DNA of 63,761 bases, the filler included, from Octopus bimaculoides (Eukaryota), in NCBI RefSeq assembly GCF_001194135.2. It is 5 parts of 4 records of this genome, joined end to end, with 100 filler letters (N's around TTAATTAATTAA, not from the genome) between each part and the next. Parts side by side here need not be neighbours in the genome. Positions count along the whole stretch, not along the records: positions 1 to 20,964 come from NC_068986.1; positions 21,065 to 36,224 come from NC_068986.1; 3 more parts are not named here. One strand, written 5' to 3'. Every line of letters begins with the position of its first letter. The first letter of the stretch is position 1. Below the pieces are notes generated by a model. That model had not been told where the DNA came from, did not search any database, and was given only the letters and a program-made list of their open reading frames with translations. Below are positions 12,450 to 24,330 of the stretch, in pieces. The position numbers were made by a program, and so were the translations under genes.

Positions 12450-12830
12450 TACTTGAATCTTTGTAAACCAACGCTTACGAGGAAGATATAAGCAAGGAGA
12501 GAATCCCAGAAGGATGACGCATTGGAAAGAAAGGACTGATCATAGTGACCAGAGAGTTGCCTGGGAAATAGGACACTAAATATGATGAGAAGGGGGGAGA
12601 CAAATTGGGCAGAATGCCCGAGTAAAGGTAACATGAACCTAGTTAGCTCCGAGGAACATAGGCCACAATAGTAGGAGTAGAAAAAGTAGAGAGAAAAGAC
12701 AGCGCGCCTGTAGGCGGGAGGACAGAGCATGTCTGTGAGTGATTCCATGCCAATCAGAAGGGAATAGAGGGAAGCGTGTAGGGGACAAAACCAAATCCTG
12801 GGGCACGCCTGAATTAGAAAGAGAAAGCAC
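12450..12830 (-). mobile_element. Degraded CR1/Jockey-type LINE reverse-transcriptase fragment
   Basis: NSGVPQDLVLSPTRFPLF resembles RT motif SGVPQGSVLSPTLF; frameshifted. Confidence 0.55.
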
Positions 12831-13117
12831 ACGAACTTACATTGGGATCTTGTAGGCAGCCATCAATTCAAAGTATGTGAGATAGGTGGAGACCAAAGAC
12901 AGAAAATTTCGATAGGTGATTCAAAAGCGAAACTGGTGTCGAGAGCAGCAACACTGCCTTCACCAATTCTTCCAATGCAAGAGCCCACTGGTAACAGAGG
13001 AAAATACGTCACCAGTGGAAACCGAACTGGAGGCCATTCGAGAGAGAGAGAGAGAGAGAGTGAGAGAGAGAGATACATGTTTGCTGTAAAATCGTTTCTG
13101 ACTTTTAATCTAAATTT

Positions 13118-13503
13118 GTCGTTGGCACTCCGTCGCTTACGACGACGAGGGTTCCAGTTGATCCGATCAACGGAACAGCCTGCTCGTGAAATTAACGTGC
13201 AAGTGGCTGAGCACTCCACAGACATGTGTACCCTTAACGTAGTTCTCGGGGAGATTCAACGTGACACAGAGTGTGACAAGACTGACCCATCGAATTACAG
13301 GCACAACAGAAACAGGAAGTAAGAGTGAGAGAAAGTTGTAGTGAAAGAGTACAGTAGGGTTCGCCACCATCCCCTGCCGCAGTCTCGTGGAGATTTAGGT
13401 GCTTTCGCTCAATAAACACTCACAACGCCCGGTCTGGGAATCGAAACCGTGATCCTATGACCGCGAGTCCGCTGCCCTAACCACTGGGCCATTGCGCCTC
13501 CAC
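13118..13503 (-). mobile_element. Full-length SINE family B with 11-bp target-site duplication
   Basis: TSD aatctaaattt at 13107-13117 and 13504-13514; tRNA-like A/B boxes. Confidence 0.9.
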
Positions 13504-14155
13504 AATCTAAATTTATGAAGGTAGTATATAAATCATAGTCTGTTACATAAAATTAATGCTTGGAGAAATATAATGGTGATGTTCTAACTGGAAAACATTT
13601 GAAAGTTTACAGCGATATAGTACATAACTTAATTATTAAAAAAAAAGACCTAACTTTTTATTGAGATTGGCAGCAAAACGTGGACGGATAATGGTTCTTC
13701 TTTTAACATTTGGTTTTACATTTGCTTCTTATAATAGTAAGTTCATAAAAAGCTTATATTCTTGTATTGTGTCCTTGAGCAAGGCAAATCATCTCATGCT
13801 GCTCCAGTGTGAGATGCAGAAAATGCATACCATCCGGATGCTGGAGCAGTCATCTCCCCCCACTCGCCCACCACCAGACGTCTGTCTCATATACAGTCAC
13901 GGGTAGCAAGGCTAATGGAGTGTCTATGCTCGTGACTACATGGGCACCTAAAATAATGATAGAATCGGTAGAGCAGCGGAATAAATGATTTTTAAAATTA
14001 ATTACATCTCTTTGCCATGGGTTCAACTTCTACCGAGGGTGGCTTTATTCTATATTTCCTTCCAGGGTCGATTAAAAAAAGTATCACAAGCCAAGTACTG
14101 ATTCTGTTAAATCGAATGTAACTTTTTTCGCATTAAATTCCTGGACTTGTGGTTG

Positions 14156-15043
14156 TACGAGGTCTGATAAAATAATATCGGGACTGTTACTATAGTAAAA
14201 AGGAGCTAAAGTACGCAGAGTGAAACCGCTTGGCACAGATTGATCTTGAACTCTGTCGTGCATGCACACTAAGTTATAACGTTCTTTCTCACTTCCGTTG
14301 TTTATAGCAGGACCTGGAAGCAAAGTGTATAGAATGTGGTCACCGAGAAAATTGAGCAGAGAATCTGCATCAAATTTTGCCAAAAGCTTCGTGATACCGG
14401 TGCAGAGATCTACGTAAAGTTGCACAAATTGTGTGTAGATGAGTATATGAGCTGGACACGAGTATACAAATGGTTCAAGCGTTTCCAAGATGGTCGACAA
14501 AATGTCGACAGTGACGCACGTTATGGGAGACCCACAACTAGCAGAATTGATGATGTGCGTGCAGCTGTTCGGAAAGACTGTCGAATCACTGTTAGTCGTC
14601 GGAGGACGGGAATATTAGTTACGATTCAGTTCAGTCAATCCTCACCGAAGATTCGGGTATGAGATGTGTGTCTGCAAAGTTTGTGCCAAAACTGCTGTCA
14701 TTTGCAACCATTTTTGGCCAAGTACAACATTCCCCAGGTCCGACAACCACCATATTCCCCGGAAATCACCCCTTGCGACTTTGCTTCTTTCCAAAAATCA
14801 AATCTCTCTCGAATGGGGCAAGATTTCAAGACGTCGAGGAAGTCCAAGAGATTGCGACGAGGCAGCTGCTCACTATCCCCACAAAAGGAGTTCCAAGAAT
14901 GCTTTCATGAATGGAAACGACGCTGGATAAAGTGTGTGACTTTAAAAGGGGACTACTTCGAAGGAGATTAAATGCCAAATTGATATGTGTTGTAGTTTTC
15001 TTTTTATAGCACCAGTCCCGATACCATTTGATTAGACTTCGCA
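14156..15043 (+). mobile_element. Internally deleted mariner (Tc1/mariner) DNA transposon
   Basis: N-terminal HTH (EQRICIKFC...VYKWFKRFQDGRQNVDSDARYGRPTTS) and C-terminus (PPYSPEITPCDF...EWKRRWIKCVTLKGDYFEGD*). Imperfect TIRs tacgaggtctgataaaataatatcgggactg / cagtcccgataccatttgattagacttcgca. Central catalytic region missing. Confidence 0.88.
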
Positions 15044-15695
15044 TTAGAAATCATTATGATACAAGGTCCCAGGAACACACAAAATCAGCATAGCAAGATA
15101 GAAAAGCACTTCTTAATTTTACAATGCTGTTGTTTACTGCTGTTTATTGTACTGAATTCCATTCCATTATGAAGCACTTATAATCCAAAGAGATAGGGTT
15201 TGGACACTGAACTAACTATTAACCCACCAATTAGTGGTTAAAGCAGTTGTTGTTATTGTTGCTGCTGTTCCTGTTCTGTAGTTCCAAGTCAGCCCTGATC
15301 GTGCAGATCTATAATCAAATATAGTTCCAGCCGTGATCATCTTGTATTCTTTTGAGACATTTTATATCTAGGATTACATCATTAAATATGCCCTTCCCCT
15401 TTTTTAAGATGGCGAGATTTAATTTAAAAGAAATTTAGCTACTATATCAACTTTGCTTTTCGTCTGTCCAGAGTCAATGAATTAAAATACCAGGTCATCT
15501 TTGGTTTGTATGATTCTGAGTTGGATGGGGAGATCAATAAAATAAGGATGGGTTGATCTAATCGAATATACACATTCCCCAAGATTTGAGGTTTGGTCTT
15601 CCAGGAATCAATAATTCAACAACAGATACACCGTGTAGAATAAACGTAAAAGAAAAAATAAACACAAAATAAAATTTAAAAAATATAGGATTTAC

Positions 15696-15972
15696 CAGCG
15701 ATAGGAACGTGCGGGTTTCCGTTACAATCATCTCTGTCAGGGTCTCCTTCCCACACACAGGCATGGGCAAGATTTGACCACACTTGGCTTGTGTTACAAT
15801 GAGTCGATTGGGCAATTTCACCTTCAAAGCCACACTGGTGAGCCACTGTACAGTCTTGGGCGTCTCTCACCCATTGTCCAGCTTGGATGGTATCGCATAT
15901 CGTCTGGCCAAAGATTGGATTCAACAGGCACAACAGCACACTACAGCCGGCCAGTAACGTACAGGGTGACAT
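15696..15972 (-). CDS. Secreted chitin-binding protein (3x CBM14/peritrophin-A), coding exon 1: signal peptide + domain 1
   Basis: ATG at 15972-15970. Hydrophobic leader MSPCTLLAGCSVLLCLLNPIFG, then C-x14-C-x5-C-x11-C-x12-C-x10-C. Ends ...VPIA-G|GTAAAT at a phase-1 donor (GT at 15695-15694). Confidence 0.93.
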
Positions 15973-16426
15973 CTTTCAGAGAGCCGTTGTTGCGCAAAAG
16001 GAGCAGATGACTCCCTTTTAAAGGGGAGATTGCAATGTTTAAATGGACACACAGATACAGGCACACATAAATAGACACGCGCACACAGACATACACGCGC
16101 ACACACACATACGCGCGCGCGCATATATGCCAGCTCATACGCACACGTACAATAGTTTCCGGTACGATGTGTTTTTTTGGGAGGGGGTGATTGGGTAATT
16201 TTTTTTACTCATTTATTTATTTATTTATTTATTTATTTATTCATTTATTTATTTCCTCATTTAAGTATTGCATCTTATTCTGAACAGCAGCAGGAACTCC
16301 TTATTTTTCTCTCTATACACATTGAGGGGAATTAGTTTATTTTGTGTAAGCCCTGTTTACTTGGGATCAACAAATGTTTTCCAACTGTAAGGTCCCTGTT
16401 AAAGACTGAACAGATTCCATGATGAC

Positions 16427-16440
16427 AGGTCAAAAGGTCA
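16427..16440 (+). promoter_or_regulatory. Perfect DR2 nuclear-receptor response element motif AGGTCA-aa-AGGTCA
   Basis: Exact motif 455 bp upstream of the ATG, in a short non-repetitive island between microsatellites; function untested. Confidence 0.4.
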
Positions 16441-16539
16441 CACGCTTCAGTTGTCAACAGTCGACACAACGTGCTCTAGCTTCCAATTCACTTTCTGTTT
16501 TCACTTGATGTCAGGTAAATAAAATTCACCCCGAAACTT

Positions 16540-16717
16540 TTCCTGCTCTGTCTCTACTAAAGAGGTACGTCTCGACCTCTTCCGTTCCCTTCCGTTCCCT
16601 TCCGTTCCCTTCCGTTTTCTTCCGTTTTCTCCCGTTCTCTTTCTTTCTTTCTCTCTTTCTTTCTTTCTTTATTTCTTTCTCTCTTTCTTTCTTTCTTTGT
16701 CTCTTTCTTTCTTTCCT

Positions 16718-16776
<59 letters not shown>

Positions 16777-16792
16777 NNNNNNNNNNTTTCTT

Positions 16793-16857
<65 letters not shown>

Positions 16858-17450
16858 TTATTCTCTCTCTCTTATTCTCTCTCTTATTCTCTCTCTCTAT
16901 TTCCATGTCTCTTTCTGTCAGTTTCTTCTACTTTTCCACTATCGTCTGCTCTCCTTCAATCACGCTCACTCTGTCTGCCTGTCTGTCTGTCTGTCTGTCT
17001 CTGTTTCTCTCTCTCCCCTCTCTCCTCTCTCTCTCCCCTCTCTCCTCCCTCTTTTCCATCTCCTCCCTCTTTTCCATCTCCTCTCTCTCTCCCCTCATAT
17101 CTAATAAATCAACATACCTCTCTAACCTCCACTTCTATTTCCCGTCGTTCTATCTTTCTTTCTTTGTTCTCTTTCATTTTCTCTTTCATTGCTTTGTACC
17201 CTACCATTTACACATTCTTTCTTTTTTGTCTCACTTTCATCCTCTCTTCCTTTTCTCTTTCCTGTCTGTTTCCTGTCTGTTCTATCTTTCTTTCTTTCTT
17301 TCTTCACTCCATTTTTTTCAACTTCTGCTTGTGTGTCTTACGATTTTTCTTTTTTCCTTCATTTATCTCTTTCTCTCTCTTTTTCTTTTATCCTGTCTGC
17401 TCTCTTCCCTACCTCTTCTCTCTCATCTCCTCTACCCACTCGAACACAAC
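16540..17450. repeat. ~0.9-kb polypyrimidine/polypurine tract ((CTTT)n, (CT)n, (CCGTT)n-like)
   Basis: Seen directly. Confidence 0.9.
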
Positions 17451-17989
17451 ATCTACACGCTAACGTGATCCCTTAAACCAAATTACAACACAGACAAGGT
17501 CTAGAGGTCAGATTACATTTCAAAGTCTCGTTGCTGTCGTCCCACCAACCTCGCTCTTTCCTCCTTTAACTAAACTAATAAACAAAAAACCAAAAAGCAA
17601 AAAAGAAAAAAAAAACAAAAAAAAAAAGAAACAAACAAAAAAGCTCAACAAACTCCAGTTAAAATAAAAGTTATAATATAGATTTTAACGAAAGCACAAG
17701 GCTACAAACTTTGTGGGAAAGAGGTATATTTGATTATATCGATTTCTATTCTTGGCTAATATCTTATTGATCGCTTAGTACATTACTGGTGCCATAACAA
17801 TGCGCTTTTTACTGATGCTACAACGAACATCTACAGATTTTAGCCAACACTGCATGTTATAGACAAATGTCTAAAAACCCTGTATCTTTATACATTATTT
17901 TCAATTACAGGGGATAGTTTTAACCCTAGTACAACATAATTATTCATTAATTGAACTGCTTGTTAAGAATGCATTATAGATGCAAACTA

Positions 17990-19260
17990 GCTTATCTGAT
18001 TAACTTAAGCTCTTGGTAATAAGTTGCGTTTCGTTAGACAGTCGTAGAGGGTTTTCAATTGTTGATGAAGTCCCAAGACAAGAATCGTGCAGATCTGCGG
18101 GCTCTTTCCAACAAGCACCAACTTCTTCGTGAGTATCTTGATCAGAAACTTAAACTATCTGCTCAACAAAATCATTGTCAATGATGTCCTTTTCTTTGCG
18201 TTCTCTCTGGCAGTAACATCATCCCAAAAGTTTATTACGCCAGAAATATTCCCTGTCTGATGCCATTTACATTAGATATATGCCAAAAGAGGAGTGAAAA
18301 GTCTGGTTCACATTCATGGAACTGAGAGGCTGACCAAGTAAATCACAGCTGTCGTTGTAGTAATTTTTTGTGACATTGTACGCCTTTTGTCGTGTCCTGT
18401 CATAGGCCGTTGAGATAGGCACATCGACTGTTTGCCACTACTGTCAAACAATTGAGCAAAGTGTTTTCGGAGAAATTGCACACATTGTCCAGGAATTGAG
18501 TAGCATGTGTTCATCGAAGTTAGTTAAAGATCTAACTGTGGATTAGTTGCCACGTTGTGATTTTGCCAATCAGGTCAATTGAATGGCATTCGCGCCCATG
18601 TGCTTTGGAACAATCACTTTAGTTTGATAGCGTGATCTTTGTGCTTTGTGGCGAAGGAATAATGCTATTTCTGACTTTAGTAAGTCGTTTGTGGATAACT
18701 TTCCTAATCATTACATCTTGTAAACTGCTGGCTATCACCCGCCTCTAATCTATTTTCATTCCTGTTTCTTTGCTATACTCTGTCGTGCAGATCATAAACT
18801 ATGCTCTGTGTAGACAATCAACCAAAATTCTGAATTTTGTATTCAATGCCACTTTGTCAACCTAATAAATAACCTGTGTAGATACGATCTGAATACTCCG
18901 ATGTACATTGGCATATTCGGTAATTCCAGTCGGTACATGTCAGCCAATTAGAAAAACGCCAGGAGGTTTGAGTGGCCTTTTACATTTCATTCTCTTATTG
19001 GCTACTTTTACACAATCCCATTGCATGTCAATGAAGCCATTTCAGTCGCTTGTTAATACTATCGAATTATTTTAAATACCTTCAGATGCCCGCTTGTCCT
19101 GCTTCAGTACATAAACGGCCACTAGCCTGAAGGTATTTCATTTCATGCTATTCACATCCAGGACCACCGACTTCACATTCAGACCATTGTTACTTTACTA
19201 GATCCGGATTGATGAGTGTACATGTGCCTCAAAAGTCTCATGTTCATATGTAACAAAGAA
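17990..19260 (-). mobile_element. Heavily degraded L1/Tx1-clade LINE ORF2 remnant (endonuclease to start of RT)
   Basis: Manual translation gives VVLDVNS..FRLVAVY....SIVLTSD*NGFID (APE endonuclease-like), SQRGN*STVRSL, KHFAQLF and KILTKKLVLV..PQICTI (RT entry-like); many stops and frameshifts. Confidence 0.6.
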
Positions 19261-20505
19261 TACTTTTGTGCAGTTATAAAATCTTGAAAGCAGAACTCCA
19301 TCAATTATAAAGCGAAATCTCAACGGAAATCGAAACCATAAATACTCTAAAGAATATCCGAAAGTTGTTTAGGATTATTTGCATACATATATGCGACACG
19401 TTTGCGGCATTTCCCACACTATTCTAACCTTTAAAATGACTGAGCAGATTTGTCGAAGGTCGATACTTTCAATGTAATAATAACAAAGAATAAGAATTTC
19501 CCGATCGAATCTCAGTTGTAAAAACGAAGCCAAAATAAATGCAAAATGTATACGAAATAGGAACTTATTTTGTCGGTAGATATCAATGTTAACGCTGGAG
19601 CAAAAACTATCAGAGAGTTTATTCTATACCGCCAAATATAGGGAAGCATTAGCAAACAATACGTTTATCGATTCTCGCAGGAGTTTCGCATCCACAAATA
19701 AGAATATTTTTTTTAAAATGCAACGATAATAAAATAAAATATATGTAAATATTGGAAAACATAAATTTTATACTTTGATGCAAGATCTTCGATATCTTTT
19801 GTGTGGAATCACCAATTTCTCAATCTTTCTCACTTTATACTGCCTCAGTTTTCCTTCTCGTTTGACTTCTTATTCTCGAGTTGCATAACAAAATAGTGTT
19901 CTGTTTCTAAAAATTAGTATGAGGTAAAGTACGTGATTTTCTGCCATGTTAATGTTTGCGTCACCACTAGAAAAACCGGACATTTAATATTAGCGAACAA
20001 ATATCAAATGTCTTTGAATATTTGTGCGAGTCTCTCAAGCCATTGCCTTGTGAGGAACGTTATCGAAAGTTTCGTAATTATGTGGCGTATCCATGGAAGA
20101 TGAGAACTCAATACTGCAAGCTTATGACACACCTGCACATTGCTTAGTGAACCCCACTACTGAGTGTAGTCAATTGTTCCCTACCCACGATTCCGATTTT
20201 AAAATAGGTAGACTGAATAAACGAGATTTGACTTAACGATACAAGACTGTATCTGTAACTGAAAACGAACCCTGCATCATTTGATTGGTAATATAACACA
20301 GTATGCAGGGATTTTCTAAAAAATTCTCTGCTACTTGTCTACAAAATCTTCAAGAAGCAGATATGAGTGATACACATCCTGAAGGACATTGTGGTTACAG
20401 AGAGGACAAATTTAAAGAAATGAGTCCGTGCCTGGCCGAATCAAATATTTGTTTCCTTTCTGAACTGTTGTGCGGCGGTAAAACTTCGTGTCTGAACCGA
20501 CACGG

Positions 20506-20574
<69 letters not shown>

Positions 20575-21008
20575 CTGAAGGACGTGCTGTCACATCGGCT
20601 GCAGAGGTAAACGTTTATTGGACATTTTATTGTCCACATTTTGTTGGAATTTTTAAATATTTTTGTTGCGAAGCACCTAGGCTTCATTTCTGTGTATTTT
20701 CAAAGGCAGGAATTGGCCCCCAGGGGCAGTTTCGGCCCTAGCAAAATTCAAAAATTTCCTTCTCGACATTTGAAAAATGTCGAGAAACAATTTCGGAACG
20801 CTTGTCTTGTTCTTTTGATGAGCATTTCCCGAGGTTTCAGATGCCAGAAGAGAAAAAAGAACAGAGTAGCGCGTGCTCACACAGTAACAGGAACGCTGTT
20901 GCTGTAAACGTCACAAAGACGGCGATTACAGCTACTAACAGCCCTCTCACCACCACCACCACCANNNNNNNNNNNNNNNNNNNNNNNNNNNNNNNNNNNN
21001 NNNNNNNN

Positions 21009-21020
21009 TTAATTAATTAA
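21009..21020. other. Assembly linker TTAATTAATTAA between N runs (also 36269-36280, 44790-44801, 52303-52314)
   Basis: Identical 12-mer flanked by N runs four times; carries stop codons in all six frames. Confidence 0.9.
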
Positions 21021-21065
21021 NNNNNNNNNNNNNNNNNNNNNNNNNNNNNNNNNNNNNNNNNNNNA

Positions 21066-21112
<47 letters not shown>

Positions 21113-21712
21113 ACGGACATCTTTCACTTTCCGTCCGTCTATCAAATCCACTCACAAGGCTTTGCTCGGCTATAGTAGAAGACACTTGCCCAAGGTGCAA
21201 CGGACCTGAACCCAGAACCATGTGCTTAGTAAGCAAGCTATTTACCACACAGCCACTCCTGTATTTTTCATTATTTTTATAATTTGCATATATTTATTTT
21301 ATTATAAAAGCAAAATAACTTAAATAATAAACCTCGATATGTGACCCGCAATAAGTGAACCGCGATAGGTGAAGCGCGATATGGTGAGTGATTACTGTAT
21401 ATATATTGGTAAGAAATTTTCTTCTCTGGCAACTCGACCAGCATATATCTGCTGCCATATTGGAGGTGTCAAAGATACGCGTATAACCCACTGCTGCATT
21501 CATATTGCATATCAGTTTATCTCCCATCATCCATTTCGTTTTAAGTCCGCCATGTTATCTAACTTGTTATCTCTATATTGAAATTATGGGATAGAAGCTG
21601 ATCAGATATATTTGTGTGCGTCGTTTTGCTTGTTTTCTATGTGGATTTGTTGTTGTGTTTTTTTCCCCACGTGATCGTTGTTGTTGTCACCGGTACAGCT
21701 ATTACTCTTTTA

Positions 21713-21756
<44 letters not shown>

Positions 21757-22558
21757 NNNNNNNNNNNNNNNNNNNNNNNNNNNNNNNNNNNNNNNNNNNN
21801 NNNNNNNNNNNNNNNNNNNNNNNNNNNNNNNNNNNNNNNNNNNNNNNNNNNNNNNNNNNNNNNNNNNNNNNNNNNNNNNNNNNNNNNNNNNNNNNNNNNN
21901 NNNNNNNNNNNNNNNNNNNNNNNNNNNNNNNNNNNNNNNNNNNNNNNNNNNNNNNNNNNNNNNNNNNNNNNNNNNNNNNNNNNNNNNNNNNNNNNNNNNN
22001 NNNNNNNNNNNNNNNNNNNNNNNNNNNNNNNNNNNNNNNNNNNNNNNNNNNNNNNNNNNNNNNNNNNNNNNNNNNNNNNNNNNNNNNNNNNNNNNNNNNN
22101 NNNNNNNNNNNNNNNNNNNNNNNNNNNNNNNNNNNNNNNNNNNNNNNNNNNNNNNNNNNNNNNNNNNNNNNNNNNNNNNNNNNNNNNNNNNNNNNNNNNN
22201 NNNNNNNNNNNNNNNNNNNNNNNNNNNNNNNNNNNNNNNNNNNNNNNNNNNNNNNNNNNNNNNNNNNNNNNNNNNNNNNNNNNNNNNNNNNNNNNNNNNN
22301 NNNNNNNNNNNNNNNNNNNNNNNNNNNNNNNNNNNNNNNNNNNNNNNNNNNNNNNNNNNNNNNNNNNNNNNNNNNNNNNNNNNNNNNNNNNNNNNNNNNN
22401 NNNNNNNNNNNNNNNNNNTCTCTATGTGACCTGTGTGTTTTCTGTACTCTGTTTATCATTTTGTCCACGTTTTTTTTGCAACGTGCTGTACCCAGATATG
22501 CATCTATATATACATGTAGGCATGTACATACATGTACGTATATATGCATATACTCATT

Positions 22559-22601
<43 letters not shown>

Positions 22602-23260
22602 TGTATATGGTTATACGTGTGCATATATGTCTCGCTATTTAAACACACACACACACGCACTCACACACACATACACACACATACACACACACACATAGAC
22701 ATACACACATACATATATATACGTATATACATTAATGATATAAACAAAGCGAGCGTGGCATACATATAGTTTTATGGCGAATTATCGTACTTCCTGACAG
22801 CATAAATGCATATTTAGACTTTTTTATATAAATAGAACGTGCTTTGTACATCAGCTTTCGTTGTATCTTTGTAACACAATGATAATAAAACTGAATTGAA
22901 TTGAAAAAGACATTTTAAATATTATAATCATTAGTGCAATCACCTTATCGATAATGTTACGCTGACCTATTTATCTTCACACGGAACGGGCTATATCTAT
23001 ATAGCTGCATTGATATCAGCATCTGATAACATTCTCTGTCTTTAGCATTGAATTGATTCAAATGGTGTGCTCACTCGTAGTAACTCTCAATAGTCAAACG
23101 CCAATCCAATAAGTTTATACATGAACTGCGATAAGCAGATTTGCCACACAGATATACAATTATACATTTTAAACGAACCTAGGACGTCTTGACACTCTTC
23201 CAACATGAGTTTCTCGCTAGCGGTTTTGCAATGAGGCATGAAAAAAAAACTGTTCACACA

Positions 23261-23352
<92 letters not shown>

Positions 23353-23404
23353 CACACACACATGCATACATACATATACGCATATAAATATATGGACAAT
23401 ATAC

Positions 23405-23664
23405 TCTTACTCTTTTTACTCTTTTACTTGTTTCAGTCATTTGACTGCGGCTGTGCTGGAGCACCGCCGTTAGTCGAGCAAATCGACCCCAGGACTTATT
23501 CTTTGTAAGCCTAGTACTTATTCTATCGGACCGTCTTTTGCCGAACCGCTAAGTTACGGGGGCGTTAACACATCAGCATCGGTTGTCAAGCGATGTTAGG
23601 GGGACAAACACAGACACACAAATACACACACACACACCATATATATATATATAGAGAGAGAGAG

Positions 23665-23718
<54 letters not shown>

Positions 23719-23722
23719 GTAG

Positions 23723-23753
<31 letters not shown>

Positions 23754-23915
23754 CGACGGGCTTCTTTCAGATTCCGTCTAAAAAAATCCACTCACAAGGC
23801 TTTGGTCAGCCCGAGGCTATAGTAGAAGACACTTGCCCAAGGTGCCACACAGTGGGACTGAACACGGAACCATGTGGTTGGTAAGCAAGCTACTTACCAC
23901 ACAGCCACCCCTGCA
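23405..23915 (-). mobile_element. SINE family C, full length
   Basis: Matches family consensus including (ttactct)n tail and internal microsatellite. Confidence 0.88.
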
Positions 23916-24149
23916 TATAAATATATACATACAACCACACCTATCCACCCACACATGCGCACATACAAACACGCTCGCGCATACATACATACACACACAA
24001 ACCTATGTATATATATAGGCATTGCTTCAGCTATGGCTGATGAAGCGCGGCGGTTACCGTATCGTTAAACCAGAAACTTGAAGTCTTGTATGTGAGTCTC
24101 CACAACTGTATTATCCAATCAATATAGTCCTCTATTTTCAATGACGCTG

Positions 24150-24330
24150 ACGTCATTGAAAGCAAAAACAAAACGAAGGGCGTGTAAACAATAAACAGAT
24201 GTATTAGTTTGATGCTCGGGAAGTAAGAAAGACTTTTACGTTTCAAGCCTACGCTCTTCAACAGAAAGGAACACAAATAAACAGAGAGAGAAAATAATAA
24301 AGGTTTAGTGGCTAGCGATTTATCATATAT
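24150..24330 (+). mobile_element. Dispersed repeat (probably a Penelope-like terminus) with a variant hammerhead-like motif on its minus strand
   Basis: acagatgtattag...cgtttc(g/a)agcctacgctcttc(a/c)acagaaaggaac also at 28158-28310 (nested in a SINE) and inverted at 56440-56640. Confidence 0.55.

Noticed and set aside
16014-16024. TATA-like TTTAAAAG upstream of the ATG (minus strand)
   Set aside because: Common in AT-rich DNA; an AG directly before the ATG could equally be a splice acceptor, so the promoter position is unresolved.
21009-21020. Recurrent TTAATTAATTAA motif
   Set aside because: Always flanked by N runs; an assembly linker rather than biological sequence.
24030-24090. Further hammerhead-like strings (also ~5625-5700 and ~61155-61205)
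   Set aside because: Core words are present but stems I and II are poorly paired; at best decayed copies.
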